Part shown: positions 19,462 through 27,987 of the stretch, one piece after another | Layout: the number at the start of each line of letters is the position of its first letter | Position numbering within the stretch: the first letter of the stretch is position 1 | Made by a program: the position numbers and the translations under genes | The notes under the pieces: model-generated | What the model was told of the DNA's origin: nothing | What the model saw: only the letters and a program-made list of their open reading frames with translations | The model's database searches: none | Source: Salinispira sp. | GTDB taxonomy: Bacteria; Spirochaetota; Spirochaetia; DSM-27196; Salinispiraceae | NCBI GenBank assembly: GCA_965602015.1 | Contig: OZ271918.1 | Span: 1,568,001-1,632,000, forward strand | Reading direction: 5' to 3' | DNA length: 64,000 nt

Positions 19462-22400
19462 CCTTACTCCCCCTCGCAGGTACAGTATAAAACATATCAG
19501 ATAAATACCTGCTCTTCGAATATCGGCGACTCAGGGGAAAAAGATTAATGCAGTGAATGCTGAATGCTCCCAGTTCCTGACAGACAATTCCCTGAACGAT
19601 AAAGGCCGATGAGCTGTCCAGCACGGCGATCAGGCGCTGATAGGCTTCTGGAAAGAATACGGTCTCAAACAGGGCGAACTCGTCTTCAAAACTGATAAAC
19701 GACATGGGCTGTTTTTCCCGGGTATACACCTCTTTACCGCTGACCATATAGCCCGGGATGTAAACCGACGAATCCAGATAATCGGGAATTGATCGGGAAT
19801 CGATAACCGGCGAGAGGTTTTCCCGCTCGGCGAGTTGACGAATCCGGTTCCGGAAGATACTCAGAGGGTGGAGGGTTATAAAGAGGCCGAGGAATTCCGC
19901 CTCGTCCTGCAGTTTCCGCGCGACAGAGTAATCGGCAATGTCCGGCGGCGCAGGCAGGGTTTCAAAAAGGGACGGCGCAGTGAACGCTGCTGATTGATCA
20001 CCTTCCCTGCGCAGAGAACCCAGAATCCAAAACATCGCCGGCCGGGAGATAAACGGATCACAGCTGTCCAAGGCTCCCGAACGGATGAGGGCCCTCATCT
20101 GAAGAATATCCGGACGGATGCGTTGAAAGAAATCGCTGAAGCTGTTAAATGGTCCTTTCCGTTTGCGGTCTTCGACTATCCGCTGCATGGTAGCCGCCGA
20201 AAGGCCGCTGATTTGAGACAGGCCGGCCAACAGCGGCCGGTCCGGCAGCCGATAATCAACGGCGTAGGCAATTTCGCCCCGATTCACATCGGGCAAGAGA
20301 ACGCGGTGCCCCAGGCGCCGGGCGGCGTTTACATAGGTCTGCCGGGAGTAATAACCGCCCCCGTTGTTGATCACCGCGGTGTAAAACTCAAGGGGATAAT
20401 GGCGCTTGATCCATGCCAGTTTGTAGGAAACCAGTGCATAGGACGCCGAGTGGGGCTTGCAAAACGAGTATCCCTCGAAAGATCTGACCATGTCCCACAG
20501 GTTTTCCAGGGCGTCCGGACTGCTGCCCCGTTGCAGTCCGCCTTGAATAAAACGGCGCCGCCAGGATTCGAGGCTCAGGTCCCGATCTTTTCGGCTGAGA
20601 ACCTTGCGAAGCTTGTCGGCCTCCGCAGGGGAAAATCCGCTGACCGCGATGGCCACCCGGGACACATCTTCCTGATACACCATGATTCCCAGGGTTTCCT
20701 GAAGCACCGATTCCGCCCGGGGATCCACCGCCTGCCAGGGCTGACCGTGCAAGCGACGCACATACTCGTTAATGTAACGGTTTGCCGCAGGGCGGATGAT
20801 TGAACTGGCTATTACGAGACGGGGATAATCTCCGGTGCGCATCTTTTGGAGCAGCTGCCTGGTCGCCGGGCTCTCGACGTAAAACACTCCAAGCGTATCG
20901 CCGGATTCTATGAAGCGGCGGGTATCCTCATCTTCGAGGGGGCTGAGCTTCTCCCAGCTCAAGCCGCCACCGTGATGCCGATTTATCATGTCGATGCAAT
21001 CTCTCAGGACTCCCAGGCTCCGGTTGCCCAGAATATCGATTTTTACCAGCCCGGCGTCTTCGGTGGCGTCTTTCTCCCAGGCAATAACCGGCCAGCCCAG
21101 GGGAGAAATCTGACTGTGGCTCCAGTCGCTCAAGGGGCCCGGCGTGATGACCACTCCGCCGGGATGGGTGCCCAGAAAACGCGGAATCCCGCGTATAGCC
21201 GAGGCCTCTCTGCGCAGCCAGGCCGGGAGCCGGTCGCCCTGCCCCAATTTCCACAATCTGATAAAGCGGGATATCTCCTCATCGGGGATACCCATGGCCT
21301 TGGCGGGCTCCCGAATGGCAGACCGGGGACCAAAGGTCACGTGGTCGGCAACCATCGCCGAACGGCCGGGATAGCGCTCAAAAACGTACTCAAGGGTTTT
21401 CGCCCTCTCGTCCCAGGGAAAGTCGACGTCGATATCCGGAGGATCCCGACGGCCCATATTGAGAAAGCGCTCGAAAAAAAGGTTGTACTTGAGCGGATCG
21501 ACATGGGTGATTCCCAGGCAATAGCTGACGATGCTGGCCGCCGAAGAACCCCGGCCGCAGGTTCGGGGGGTCCGGGAGACGATGTCGTGAACAACCAGGA
21601 AATAGCTGGAGAACCCCTTGGCCCGGATTATGTCGAGCTCATAATCCAGGCGCCGGCGGATGTCGGGTCTCATTGCGCCGAATCTCCGCAACACGCCTTC
21701 CCGGCACAGGGCCGTTAAACGGGAAAAAGCCTGATCATCGCTCAGTCCTTCGAAGCGGGGAAACACATAGGTATCCGGTCGCAGAAAACTGCCGTCCAGG
21801 CGACGGAGAAGTGTTCGGGCGCTTTCCCGGGCCTCGATCTCCCCGCCAAACTGGGCCGTGATCTCCCCGGCGGCGGGAATGCGCAGCTCGTCGCCGCAGC
21901 GCTGGGAATCCTTCAATGAATCGACACGGACGCAGAGGTCGATGGCAGTAAGCAAATCGATTCGATTTCGCTCCTCATCGCTTCGCCAGCTGCCCCAGAC
22001 CGCCGCTGCCGTTTTTAATCCGAACTTTGCCGCCAGAACCCGGGCCTGCCTTCGCGGCCGCCCGGCATACATGCCGATGTAGACATGCCGGCTTCGGTAC
22101 GCGGCGGAAACGATGGGGCCCTGGAACTCCGACGGCATTTTCCCCTCGTTGCAAAGGCTCGGGTGATGGTCGGCCGTATCCCGCCGTCGGGCATCGAATG
22201 CGGCCCGGTCAGGCAGGGCTGTGTCGCCGCCCTGCCGGGCACTGCTGTTCCCGACGGGCCGCCGGGCTGCGCTTTGAGACACCGCGGCCTTGCGGCTTTC
22301 CGCTGAGGGCTCGGTGGCCTTGCGGCTTTCCGCTGAGGGCTCGGCGGCCTTGCGGCTTTCCCTTTGGCCGACATCAGGATTGAAATCCTCGGTCCGCCGG

Positions 22401-23239
22401 GCTGCGAGGCCGTCAAGCCGTCTAAGCAGCCCATCCAGAGCTCCGTCTTCGAGCAACTCGGAGGAATCGCCGGGGAGGATGAAATACAGCTCCGCAAGCT
22501 CTTCGACTGTGGGATCGCAGTCCAGCATTCGATGCAGATTATCAAGGAGACCAACGGGCGGCGATGTGCCGGGCTGCGGTTCGTCGGCAGGCCGACCGTT
22601 GCGGATCTCGCCGGCGGGCAGACGTGTGCCGGGGGGCGATCCGTCGGGCCCTGTTCCGGCGTCAGACTGGGCGTCGGCAGCCGGTTGAGCGCGCGCCGCA
22701 GGCCGATATGGGCATGCCCGGCCGACGGAGACTCCGGAAGCAGGTTCAGCACCCGTCACCTCGGCTGCGGCTGCGGCGTTAGCTGCGGCTTCGTCTCTGG
22801 CTCCGGCTCCGGCATTGGCAGCCTGTTGAGCGTGCGCCGCAGGCTTGGCGTTAGCAGCCGGTTGAGCGCCGCTATCCTTTTGCCAAGGGTTTGTCATTGA
22901 ACTTCCGGTGCCTCGGCGGTCTTTTTTCTTTTCATCCCTATCCAGGGCGGTAACGAGACGGTTAAGCAAGGCAAATCCTCGGCGGCCGGAGGCCAGCACG
23001 GCCAGGGGAATCTCCGGATCCGTTGAGATATCCATGCCGGCTACGGGTTTTATTCCCTTTCGTATGCAGGCATTTACAAAGCGGATTACTCCATAAAAAT
23101 TGAGCCTATCGAGAATCACTACAGACGGCGGGCTCACCGAATTGGGCGAATCAAATACTCCGGCGAGCTCCTGGGCCGCCGCTGCCGCATCCTCGGGACT
23201 GATGCAGCCCCGAAGAAGGGTGAAGTATGTGCGAATCAT
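19442..23239 (-). CDS. dnaE2: DNA polymerase III alpha subunit, DnaE2 (error-prone) type
   Basis: GRGSSAAS, FERFL, PPDIDVDF, HPGGVVI, KIDILG, YQED, FCKPHSASY; ends after the OB fold without a tau-binding tail; PHP metal ligands degenerate. ATG 23248 is an alternative start. Confidence 0.85.
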   Translation of the reverse strand: MIRTYFTLLRGCISPEDAAAAAQELAGVFDSPNSVSPPSVVILDRLNFYGVIRFVNACIRKGIKPVAGMDISTDPEIPLAVLASGRRGFALLNRLVTALDRDEKKKDRRGTGSSMTNPWQKDSGAQPAANAKPAAHAQQAANAGAGARDEAAANAAAAAEVTGAEPASGVSVGRACPYRPAARAQPAADAQSDAGTGPDGSPPGTRLPAGEIRNGRPADEPQPGTSPPVGLLDNLHRMLDCDPTVEELAELYFILPGDSSELLEDGALDGLLRRLDGLAARRTEDFNPDVGQRESRKAAEPSAESRKATEPSAESRKAAVSQSAARRPVGNSSARQGGDTALPDRAAFDARRRDTADHHPSLCNEGKMPSEFQGPIVSAAYRSRHVYIGMYAGRPRRQARVLAAKFGLKTAAAVWGSWRSDEERNRIDLLTAIDLCVRVDSLKDSQRCGDELRIPAAGEITAQFGGEIEARESARTLLRRLDGSFLRPDTYVFPRFEGLSDDQAFSRLTALCREGVLRRFGAMRPDIRRRLDYELDIIRAKGFSSYFLVVHDIVSRTPRTCGRGSSAASIVSYCLGITHVDPLKYNLFFERFLNMGRRDPPDIDVDFPWDERAKTLEYVFERYPGRSAMVADHVTFGPRSAIREPAKAMGIPDEEISRFIRLWKLGQGDRLPAWLRREASAIRGIPRFLGTHPGGVVITPGPLSDWSHSQISPLGWPVIAWEKDATEDAGLVKIDILGNRSLGVLRDCIDMINRHHGGGLSWEKLSPLEDEDTRRFIESGDTLGVFYVESPATRQLLQKMRTGDYPRLVIASSIIRPAANRYINEYVRRLHGQPWQAVDPRAESVLQETLGIMVYQEDVSRVAIAVSGFSPAEADKLRKVLSRKDRDLSLESWRRRFIQGGLQRGSSPDALENLWDMVRSFEGYSFCKPHSASYALVSYKLAWIKRHYPLEFYTAVINNGGGYYSRQTYVNAARRLGHRVLLPDVNRGEIAYAVDYRLPDRPLLAGLSQISGLSAATMQRIVEDRKRKGPFNSFSDFFQRIRPDILQMRALIRSGALDSCDPFISRPAMFWILGSLRREGDQSAAFTAPSLFETLPAPPDIADYSVARKLQDEAEFLGLFITLHPLSIFRNRIRQLAERENLSPVIDSRSIPDYLDSSVYIPGYMVSGKEVYTREKQPMSFISFEDEFALFETVFFPEAYQRLIAVLDSSSAFIVQGIVCQELGAFSIHCINLFPLSRRYSKSRYLSDMFYTVPARGSKGDRKAG
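22286..22361. repeat. In-frame 30-bp tandem repeat (~2.5 copies) inside dnaE2
   Basis: GGCCTTGCGGCTTTCCGCTGAGGGCTCGG(T/C) repeated; encodes ESRKA(A/T)EPSA. Confidence 0.9.
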
Positions 23240-23266
23240 TACTAACATATCAACATATGTTTAGTA
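23240..23266. promoter_or_regulatory. Operator-like inverted repeat immediately upstream of dnaE2
   Basis: TACTAACATAT-CAAC-ATATGTTTAGTA, containing the perfect palindrome AACATATGTT, in an AT-rich divergent intergenic region. Confidence 0.5.
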
Positions 23267-23369
23267 TTAATTGCTTCACAGCGCAATACCTGACTTGCCA
23301 AGATTCAGAAGCTGGGTTACTTTTTTCTTATCTTGTTGGATTCTTCAACGGCGAAGCCATGGAGGTACC

Positions 23370-24161
23370 GTGACACCCCTCAAAATCCCTTCCGACAGCC
23401 GGGTAATGGATTGCTCTTCTCCTTTGTATTCCGAGGGGGATCCGGAAAAAGCCGGAGTGCTGCTGGTGCACGGCTTCAGCGGCAGCCCCCACGATATGGT
23501 CTATCTGTACGAAAGACTGGTAAACCAGGGCCATACCGTGTCGGTGCCGCGGCTTCCGGGCCACGGAACCAACGCGGAAGATTTCAAAAACAGCGGATGG
23601 AAGGACTGGTACCGCGGTGCCGCCGATGCGTTTCTCGAGCTTCGCTCACGCTGTTCGAGGGTGTACATCGCAGGCCTGTCCATGGGAGGGGCTATCACTG
23701 CCATGCTCGCCGCACAGTTCGGCGTGGAAAAGATTGCCTTGGCTGCTCCTGCTTTTACATTCACTCCCGGTTCAGGAGCATCATATCTATGGATCACTCC
23801 GGTGTTTTCCTGGGCTATCGGATCGTCGCGGACTGGGTCGGTAGATGTAAAAGAGTATACTGGCGACCGTCTCCTTCTCGAAAAGGAATACAAGGGCTGG
23901 AACTGGTACCGCCAGGGCAGCGAACTTATCCGATTGAGACGCCGGGCAATTGCAGCGCTGAAACGGATTCAGTCTGATAGCCTGATAATCGTCTCAAAAA
24001 GCGACAAGACCGTCTCATACCGTTGCGCAGATTACCTGCGAAAACGCCTGGTATCTGCCGGATCGGTGGAAATCATGATGCTGGAAAAAAGCGGTCATGT
24101 TGTGGTGGACGACGTAGACCGGCAAGATGTTGCCGATCGGATAATCAACTGGTTTTCATAA
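23370..24161 (+). CDS. Alpha/beta-hydrolase carboxylesterase
   Basis: LLVHGFSG, PRLPGHG, nucleophile GLSMGG, D(KTV), SGH; GTG start after GGAGG. Confidence 0.88.
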   Translation: MTPLKIPSDSRVMDCSSPLYSEGDPEKAGVLLVHGFSGSPHDMVYLYERLVNQGHTVSVPRLPGHGTNAEDFKNSGWKDWYRGAADAFLELRSRCSRVYIAGLSMGGAITAMLAAQFGVEKIALAAPAFTFTPGSGASYLWITPVFSWAIGSSRTGSVDVKEYTGDRLLLEKEYKGWNWYRQGSELIRLRRRAIAALKRIQSDSLIIVSKSDKTVSYRCADYLRKRLVSAGSVEIMMLEKSGHVVVDDVDRQDVADRIINWFS

Positions 24162-24189
24162 ACAGAAAAAACTATTTACAGGACTGTCA

Positions 24190-24966
24190 ATGTTCGGATT
24201 CATGCTAAAAAAAGCGTTCTTTGATTACTGGGACAATTTCTTTCACTTTGCCATTCTTAATATTGTAATCGTATTTTCCCTGGCTATCCCGACAATTCTT
24301 CCGGGACTCATCCTCGATTTCAGCCCCCTGGTATCCCTTGTTGTGCTCATCATAGGACTTCTCTGGTTGGGAGTATTGGCTTCGGCGGTATCCCTCTACG
24401 TCAATGAAATTGCCCACTATCGGGGAGTTGAGGTCAGGCAGTTTTTTGCGTTTATAAAAAGCGGTGCAAAATCCGGACTTCTCTGGGCTTCAATCTGGAT
24501 CACCGTAGTCCTGCTTGTATGGTTCACCTTTCCCTTTTACTCTGCCATGGATAATCTCGGGGGTCTGGCTGCACTGGCGTTTTTATTTTGGACGCTGGTG
24601 ATATTCGTTCTCGCAATGCAGTATTATTTCCCCATCCGCGCCCAGCTCCACAGCGAATCGGGAAAATCCCTGCGCAAAATGTTCATTGTGTTTTTTGATA
24701 ACGCACTGTTCAGCATCGGTCTGTTCTTTATTTCGGCGATAGTGCTTTTGGTTTCCGGCGTCACAGCCTTTGTGCTATTCGGGCCCGCGGGAGTAATTCT
24801 GCTGGGGCAGGTGGCGTTTAAACTCCGACTGTATAAGTACGACTACCTTGAAGAGAATCCCGCATCCAGAGGCAGAAAAATACCCTGGTCTGCCTTGGTA
24901 CACGAGGACCGGCAGCGAATCGGGAAGCGGTCACTCAAGGGAATGGTCTTTCCCTGGAAGGGATAG
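24190..24966 (+). CDS. Multi-pass membrane protein of unknown function (DUF624-like)
   Basis: About six hydrophobic helices; no catalytic motif recognised. Confidence 0.7.
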   Translation: MFGFMLKKAFFDYWDNFFHFAILNIVIVFSLAIPTILPGLILDFSPLVSLVVLIIGLLWLGVLASAVSLYVNEIAHYRGVEVRQFFAFIKSGAKSGLLWASIWITVVLLVWFTFPFYSAMDNLGGLAALAFLFWTLVIFVLAMQYYFPIRAQLHSESGKSLRKMFIVFFDNALFSIGLFFISAIVLLVSGVTAFVLFGPAGVILLGQVAFKLRLYKYDYLEENPASRGRKIPWSALVHEDRQRIGKRSLKGMVFPWKG

Positions 24967-25008
24967 GTCGGGGGACGAGATTTTCCCGACCCCCGGTAAA
25001 TAATACTG

Positions 25009-25746
25009 TTACGAAGCCGCAGGGGCCTGGTCTTCGTCTTTCAAGATAATCTCCAGTTCCCTCACCTTCTGATTTTTTTTCATCCAGGCAGCCAGGTAAA
25101 TGAACGGGGTATCGGCCAGGGCTACCACGAACTTCAGCACATAGGTTGATGCGAACAGAACGAGAAATTCTTCCCAGGGAAACACACCAAATGCCGTGGC
25201 AATCAGGGTAAATATAAGACTGTCCAGCAGCTGACTGACCAGGGTGCTGATGTTGTTTCTCAGCCAGATAAAACGGGTATCCGGACGGAACTTCTTCCAA
25301 ATATTATAAGACCAGATATCGTGGAGCTGACTTATTCCGAAAGCAGTAAGGCTCGCCACAACCAGCGCCGGAAAAAATCCGAAGATAGCGGCAATATGGC
25401 TTTGAGAAGAATCGAATGAATTCGGCGCAAACATCAATGCGAGGTTCATCAAAAGGGTAACGACTATCAGTGAAAAGAAACCGAAAAAAACCGCATTTCG
25501 AGCGCTTTTTTTCCCGTAATTCTCGCTGAGAATATCGGTGACCAGAAAACTGGTGGCATACACAATGTTACCCAGTGTGGCGGCCACCCCAAAGAGGTCG
25601 ACGGTCTTGATAACCTGGACATTGGCAACGATTGCAGCGATGGGTATCCAAATATACAGTCCGGTCCTCCCGAAGAAACGGTACATCAGAATAATCGCAA
25701 CAAAGTTAAAAAGAAGCATGATAATCCACAGCAATTCATTAGACAT
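25009..25746 (-). CDS. yhhQ: Queuosine precursor transporter (YhhQ/COG1738 family)
   Basis: ANVQV.K, TLGN, TDILSENYG, SQLHD, WLRNNISTLVSQLLDS, DTPFIY; start MSNELLW after GAGGTG. Confidence 0.9.
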   Translation of the reverse strand: MSNELLWIIMLLFNFVAIILMYRFFGRTGLYIWIPIAAIVANVQVIKTVDLFGVAATLGNIVYATSFLVTDILSENYGKKSARNAVFFGFFSLIVVTLLMNLALMFAPNSFDSSQSHIAAIFGFFPALVVASLTAFGISQLHDIWSYNIWKKFRPDTRFIWLRNNISTLVSQLLDSLIFTLIATAFGVFPWEEFLVLFASTYVLKFVVALADTPFIYLAAWMKKNQKVRELEIILKDEDQAPAAS

Positions 25747-25749
25747 TTG

Positions 25750-25870
25750 GCACCTCGACTCTCGTTTTTGTCGCTGCACTCTATCAAAAACACGATAGGG
25801 GCTCAAGGCAAAAATATCATTGCCGCCCATCCGGAGGATTCCCGGGGATTTGACCATCGCTTGACGAGTA
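25750..25870 (-). promoter_or_regulatory. Candidate structured leader RNA upstream of yhhQ
   Basis: Several hairpins with complementary loops next to the RBS (see findings). Confidence 0.4.
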
Positions 25871-25898
25871 AAGTACATGTGAGATTCGTATCCAAATG

Positions 25899-25935
25899 AA
25901 AAAACCCCGCCTCCGGCGGCTGCCGGAGACGGGGT
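25899..25935 (-). terminator. Rho-independent terminator of the ABC transporter operon
   Basis: Minus strand reads ACCCCGTCTCCGGC-AGCC-GCCGGAGGCGGGGT followed by a T run. Confidence 0.85.
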
Positions 25936-25968
25936 GTCCTGTGAATCGGTCCGTGATCTATGTTGCGG

Positions 25969-26913
25969 TCAGCGCTTGTCCTGTTCGAATGGCTCACCCA
26001 CTGCCTTCGGCGCCTGGGATGATTTGGAAAACAGGACCAGGGCGATAAGGGTCGCCACGTAGGGAAAGACTTTGAGGATTACTTCGGGAATCACCCGCAT
26101 TTCGGGAATCACCTGGCTGACATTCGCCATGGTCGTTGCAAAACCAAAGAACAGGGTCGAACCCAAAATTCCCAACGGTTTCCATTGCCCGAAAATCAAT
26201 GATGCCAGGGCCAAAAATCCCAGTCCTGCAACCGATCCGTTGAACTGCCCTGAATAGGTAACAATGATTATTCCTCCGCCGAGGGCAGCGAAGGCGCCGG
26301 ACAGGCCCACTCCAATGTACCTGGTGAGCGCTACATTGATTCCCGCGGCATCGGCCGCATGGGGGTGCTCGCCGCAGGAGCGCAGACGAAGTCCCTGGGG
26401 CGTATAGTACAGAACATAGTAGGCGATCCCCAGTATGAGGAGAACGACCCAGGTGGTGGCATAGCTGTTTTGGAAAAACATACGGCCGATAATGGGAATC
26501 TCACTCAGAAGAGGAATATCAAAACGAATAAGTCCCTGAATAATCTGAATGTTTCCCGAACCGACGATGCCCCGTGCGAAGAATATCGTCAGGGCTGCGG
26601 CGATGGCGTTTATGGCCGTACCGGAAATAATCTGATTGGCGCTGAGGGTGACCGAAGCAAAGGCGTGGAGCATGGAAAAGGCAATCCCCGCCAACGCGGC
26701 AAAAAACAAACCCAGCCAAATTACCGAGGGTCCCATGGTACCCTGAAGGAGCCGTATGGTAAGGGCGGTGGCGAATGAGCCAATTACCATCAGTCCCTCG
26801 AGCCCGATATTGACCACCCCCGAACGCTCGCTGAACAGTCCGCCCAGGGCGGTGATCAAAAGCGGAATGGTATATGCAATTGCATAGGGAAAAATCTGCA
26901 GAATTACTTCCAT
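25969..26913 (-). CDS. Nucleoside ABC transporter permease (COG1079/NupQ-like)
   Basis: SERSGVVNIGLEG, GLRLRSCGEHP..A...GINV, GFLALA.LIFG.WKP, FPYV. Confidence 0.9.
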   Translation of the reverse strand: MEVILQIFPYAIAYTIPLLITALGGLFSERSGVVNIGLEGLMVIGSFATALTIRLLQGTMGPSVIWLGLFFAALAGIAFSMLHAFASVTLSANQIISGTAINAIAAALTIFFARGIVGSGNIQIIQGLIRFDIPLLSEIPIIGRMFFQNSYATTWVVLLILGIAYYVLYYTPQGLRLRSCGEHPHAADAAGINVALTRYIGVGLSGAFAALGGGIIIVTYSGQFNGSVAGLGFLALASLIFGQWKPLGILGSTLFFGFATTMANVSQVIPEMRVIPEVILKVFPYVATLIALVLFSKSSQAPKAVGEPFEQDKR

Positions 26914-27986
26914 CAGCTCTTCCTCCCTTTCTTGATGTATTTGATTATCCGCTCAAAGAGGATCTGACAGGCTGCTCCATACAGGATAAAGCCGATGATG
27001 AGATCGCCGACCTCCGGCGGAACCCCGGTCATGGACTGCATAAATCCCTTGCCGGTCTGGAGTATTCCGAAGAACAATGCGGCGAAAAGGGCTCCCACCG
27101 GCGTGCTTCCCCCGAGAAGAGCGACGGCAATTCCGTCAAAACCCTGTATGGGAAGCTTTCCAATTTCTACGTTATTTGAGAATCCGGCATAAAACGTGAA
27201 GCCCGCAAGGCCTGCCAGTCCCCCGGCAATAGCCATCGACAAGACGATGTTGCGGTTGACCTTCATACCCGCGTACTCGGCGGCGAAGCGGTTATAGCCC
27301 GCCGCCTTAAGCTGATACCCAAGCACGGTTTTGTTTATTATCACCGCGATAATCACCACGAGGATTATCGCCAGAATGAGACCCAGGTTGAGAAATGAAT
27401 CCCCGGTAATATCCCTCAGCCACTGAACCCGCAGGCTTGCCTCCATGGGCAGCCGCGCCGACTGAGTCTCCTGATTCGGGTCTTTGAGAATGGTGCCCTG
27501 AATACCGTAGTACGTAATCCACAGGGCTATGAAGTTCATCATTATGGTCGCCACTACCTCGTGGACGTTAAACTTCGCCTTTAGGAGGCCGGGAATAAAG
27601 CCCCAGAACGCGCCCCCCAGCAACGCTCCGATCATCATGATGGGAAGGAGTATGGGTTTGGGCAGGTTCAGAGTCAGACCGAGGGCCGTGGCCACAAAAC
27701 CGCCGAAAAGCATTTGCCCGGCCGCACCTATATTAAACAGTCCGGTCCGGAAGGCGAAGGCCACCGACAGGCCGGTGAGAATGAGGGTTGTCGCCCCGGC
27801 CAAGGTGTTCCCGATCCGCTTCGCGCTCATAAGTCCGCCCCTGAAGAGGAACCAGTATGCGGTAAACGGATTGTTACCGGTAATAACAATCAGTACGCCG
27901 GCGATCAGCATTCCAAAGGCGATGGCCATGAGGGCGATTTGCAATTGATGGGGAAGTCGGAATTTATATGTGGTTAATCGTTTCAA
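26913..27986 (-). CDS. Nucleoside ABC transporter permease (COG4603/NupP-like)
   Basis: GLFNIGAAGQ, HEVV.TIMMN, G.N..AAEYAGM, GFDGIAVALLG. Confidence 0.9.
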   Translation of the reverse strand: MKRLTTYKFRLPHQLQIALMAIAFGMLIAGVLIVITGNNPFTAYWFLFRGGLMSAKRIGNTLAGATTLILTGLSVAFAFRTGLFNIGAAGQMLFGGFVATALGLTLNLPKPILLPIMMIGALLGGAFWGFIPGLLKAKFNVHEVVATIMMNFIALWITYYGIQGTILKDPNQETQSARLPMEASLRVQWLRDITGDSFLNLGLILAIILVVIIAVIINKTVLGYQLKAAGYNRFAAEYAGMKVNRNIVLSMAIAGGLAGLAGFTFYAGFSNNVEIGKLPIQGFDGIAVALLGGSTPVGALFAALFFGILQTGKGFMQSMTGVPPEVGDLIIGFILYGAACQILFERIIKYIKKGRKS

Positions 27987-27987
27987 C

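Noticed and set aside
22286..22361. Possible CRISPR array
   Set aside because: Contiguous 30-bp tandem units without unique spacers, in frame within a CDS; no cas genes in the window.
22100..22935. Possible intein in DnaE2
   Set aside because: The inserts show no Cys/Ser start with His-Asn end and no LAGLIDADG motifs, and are low-complexity.
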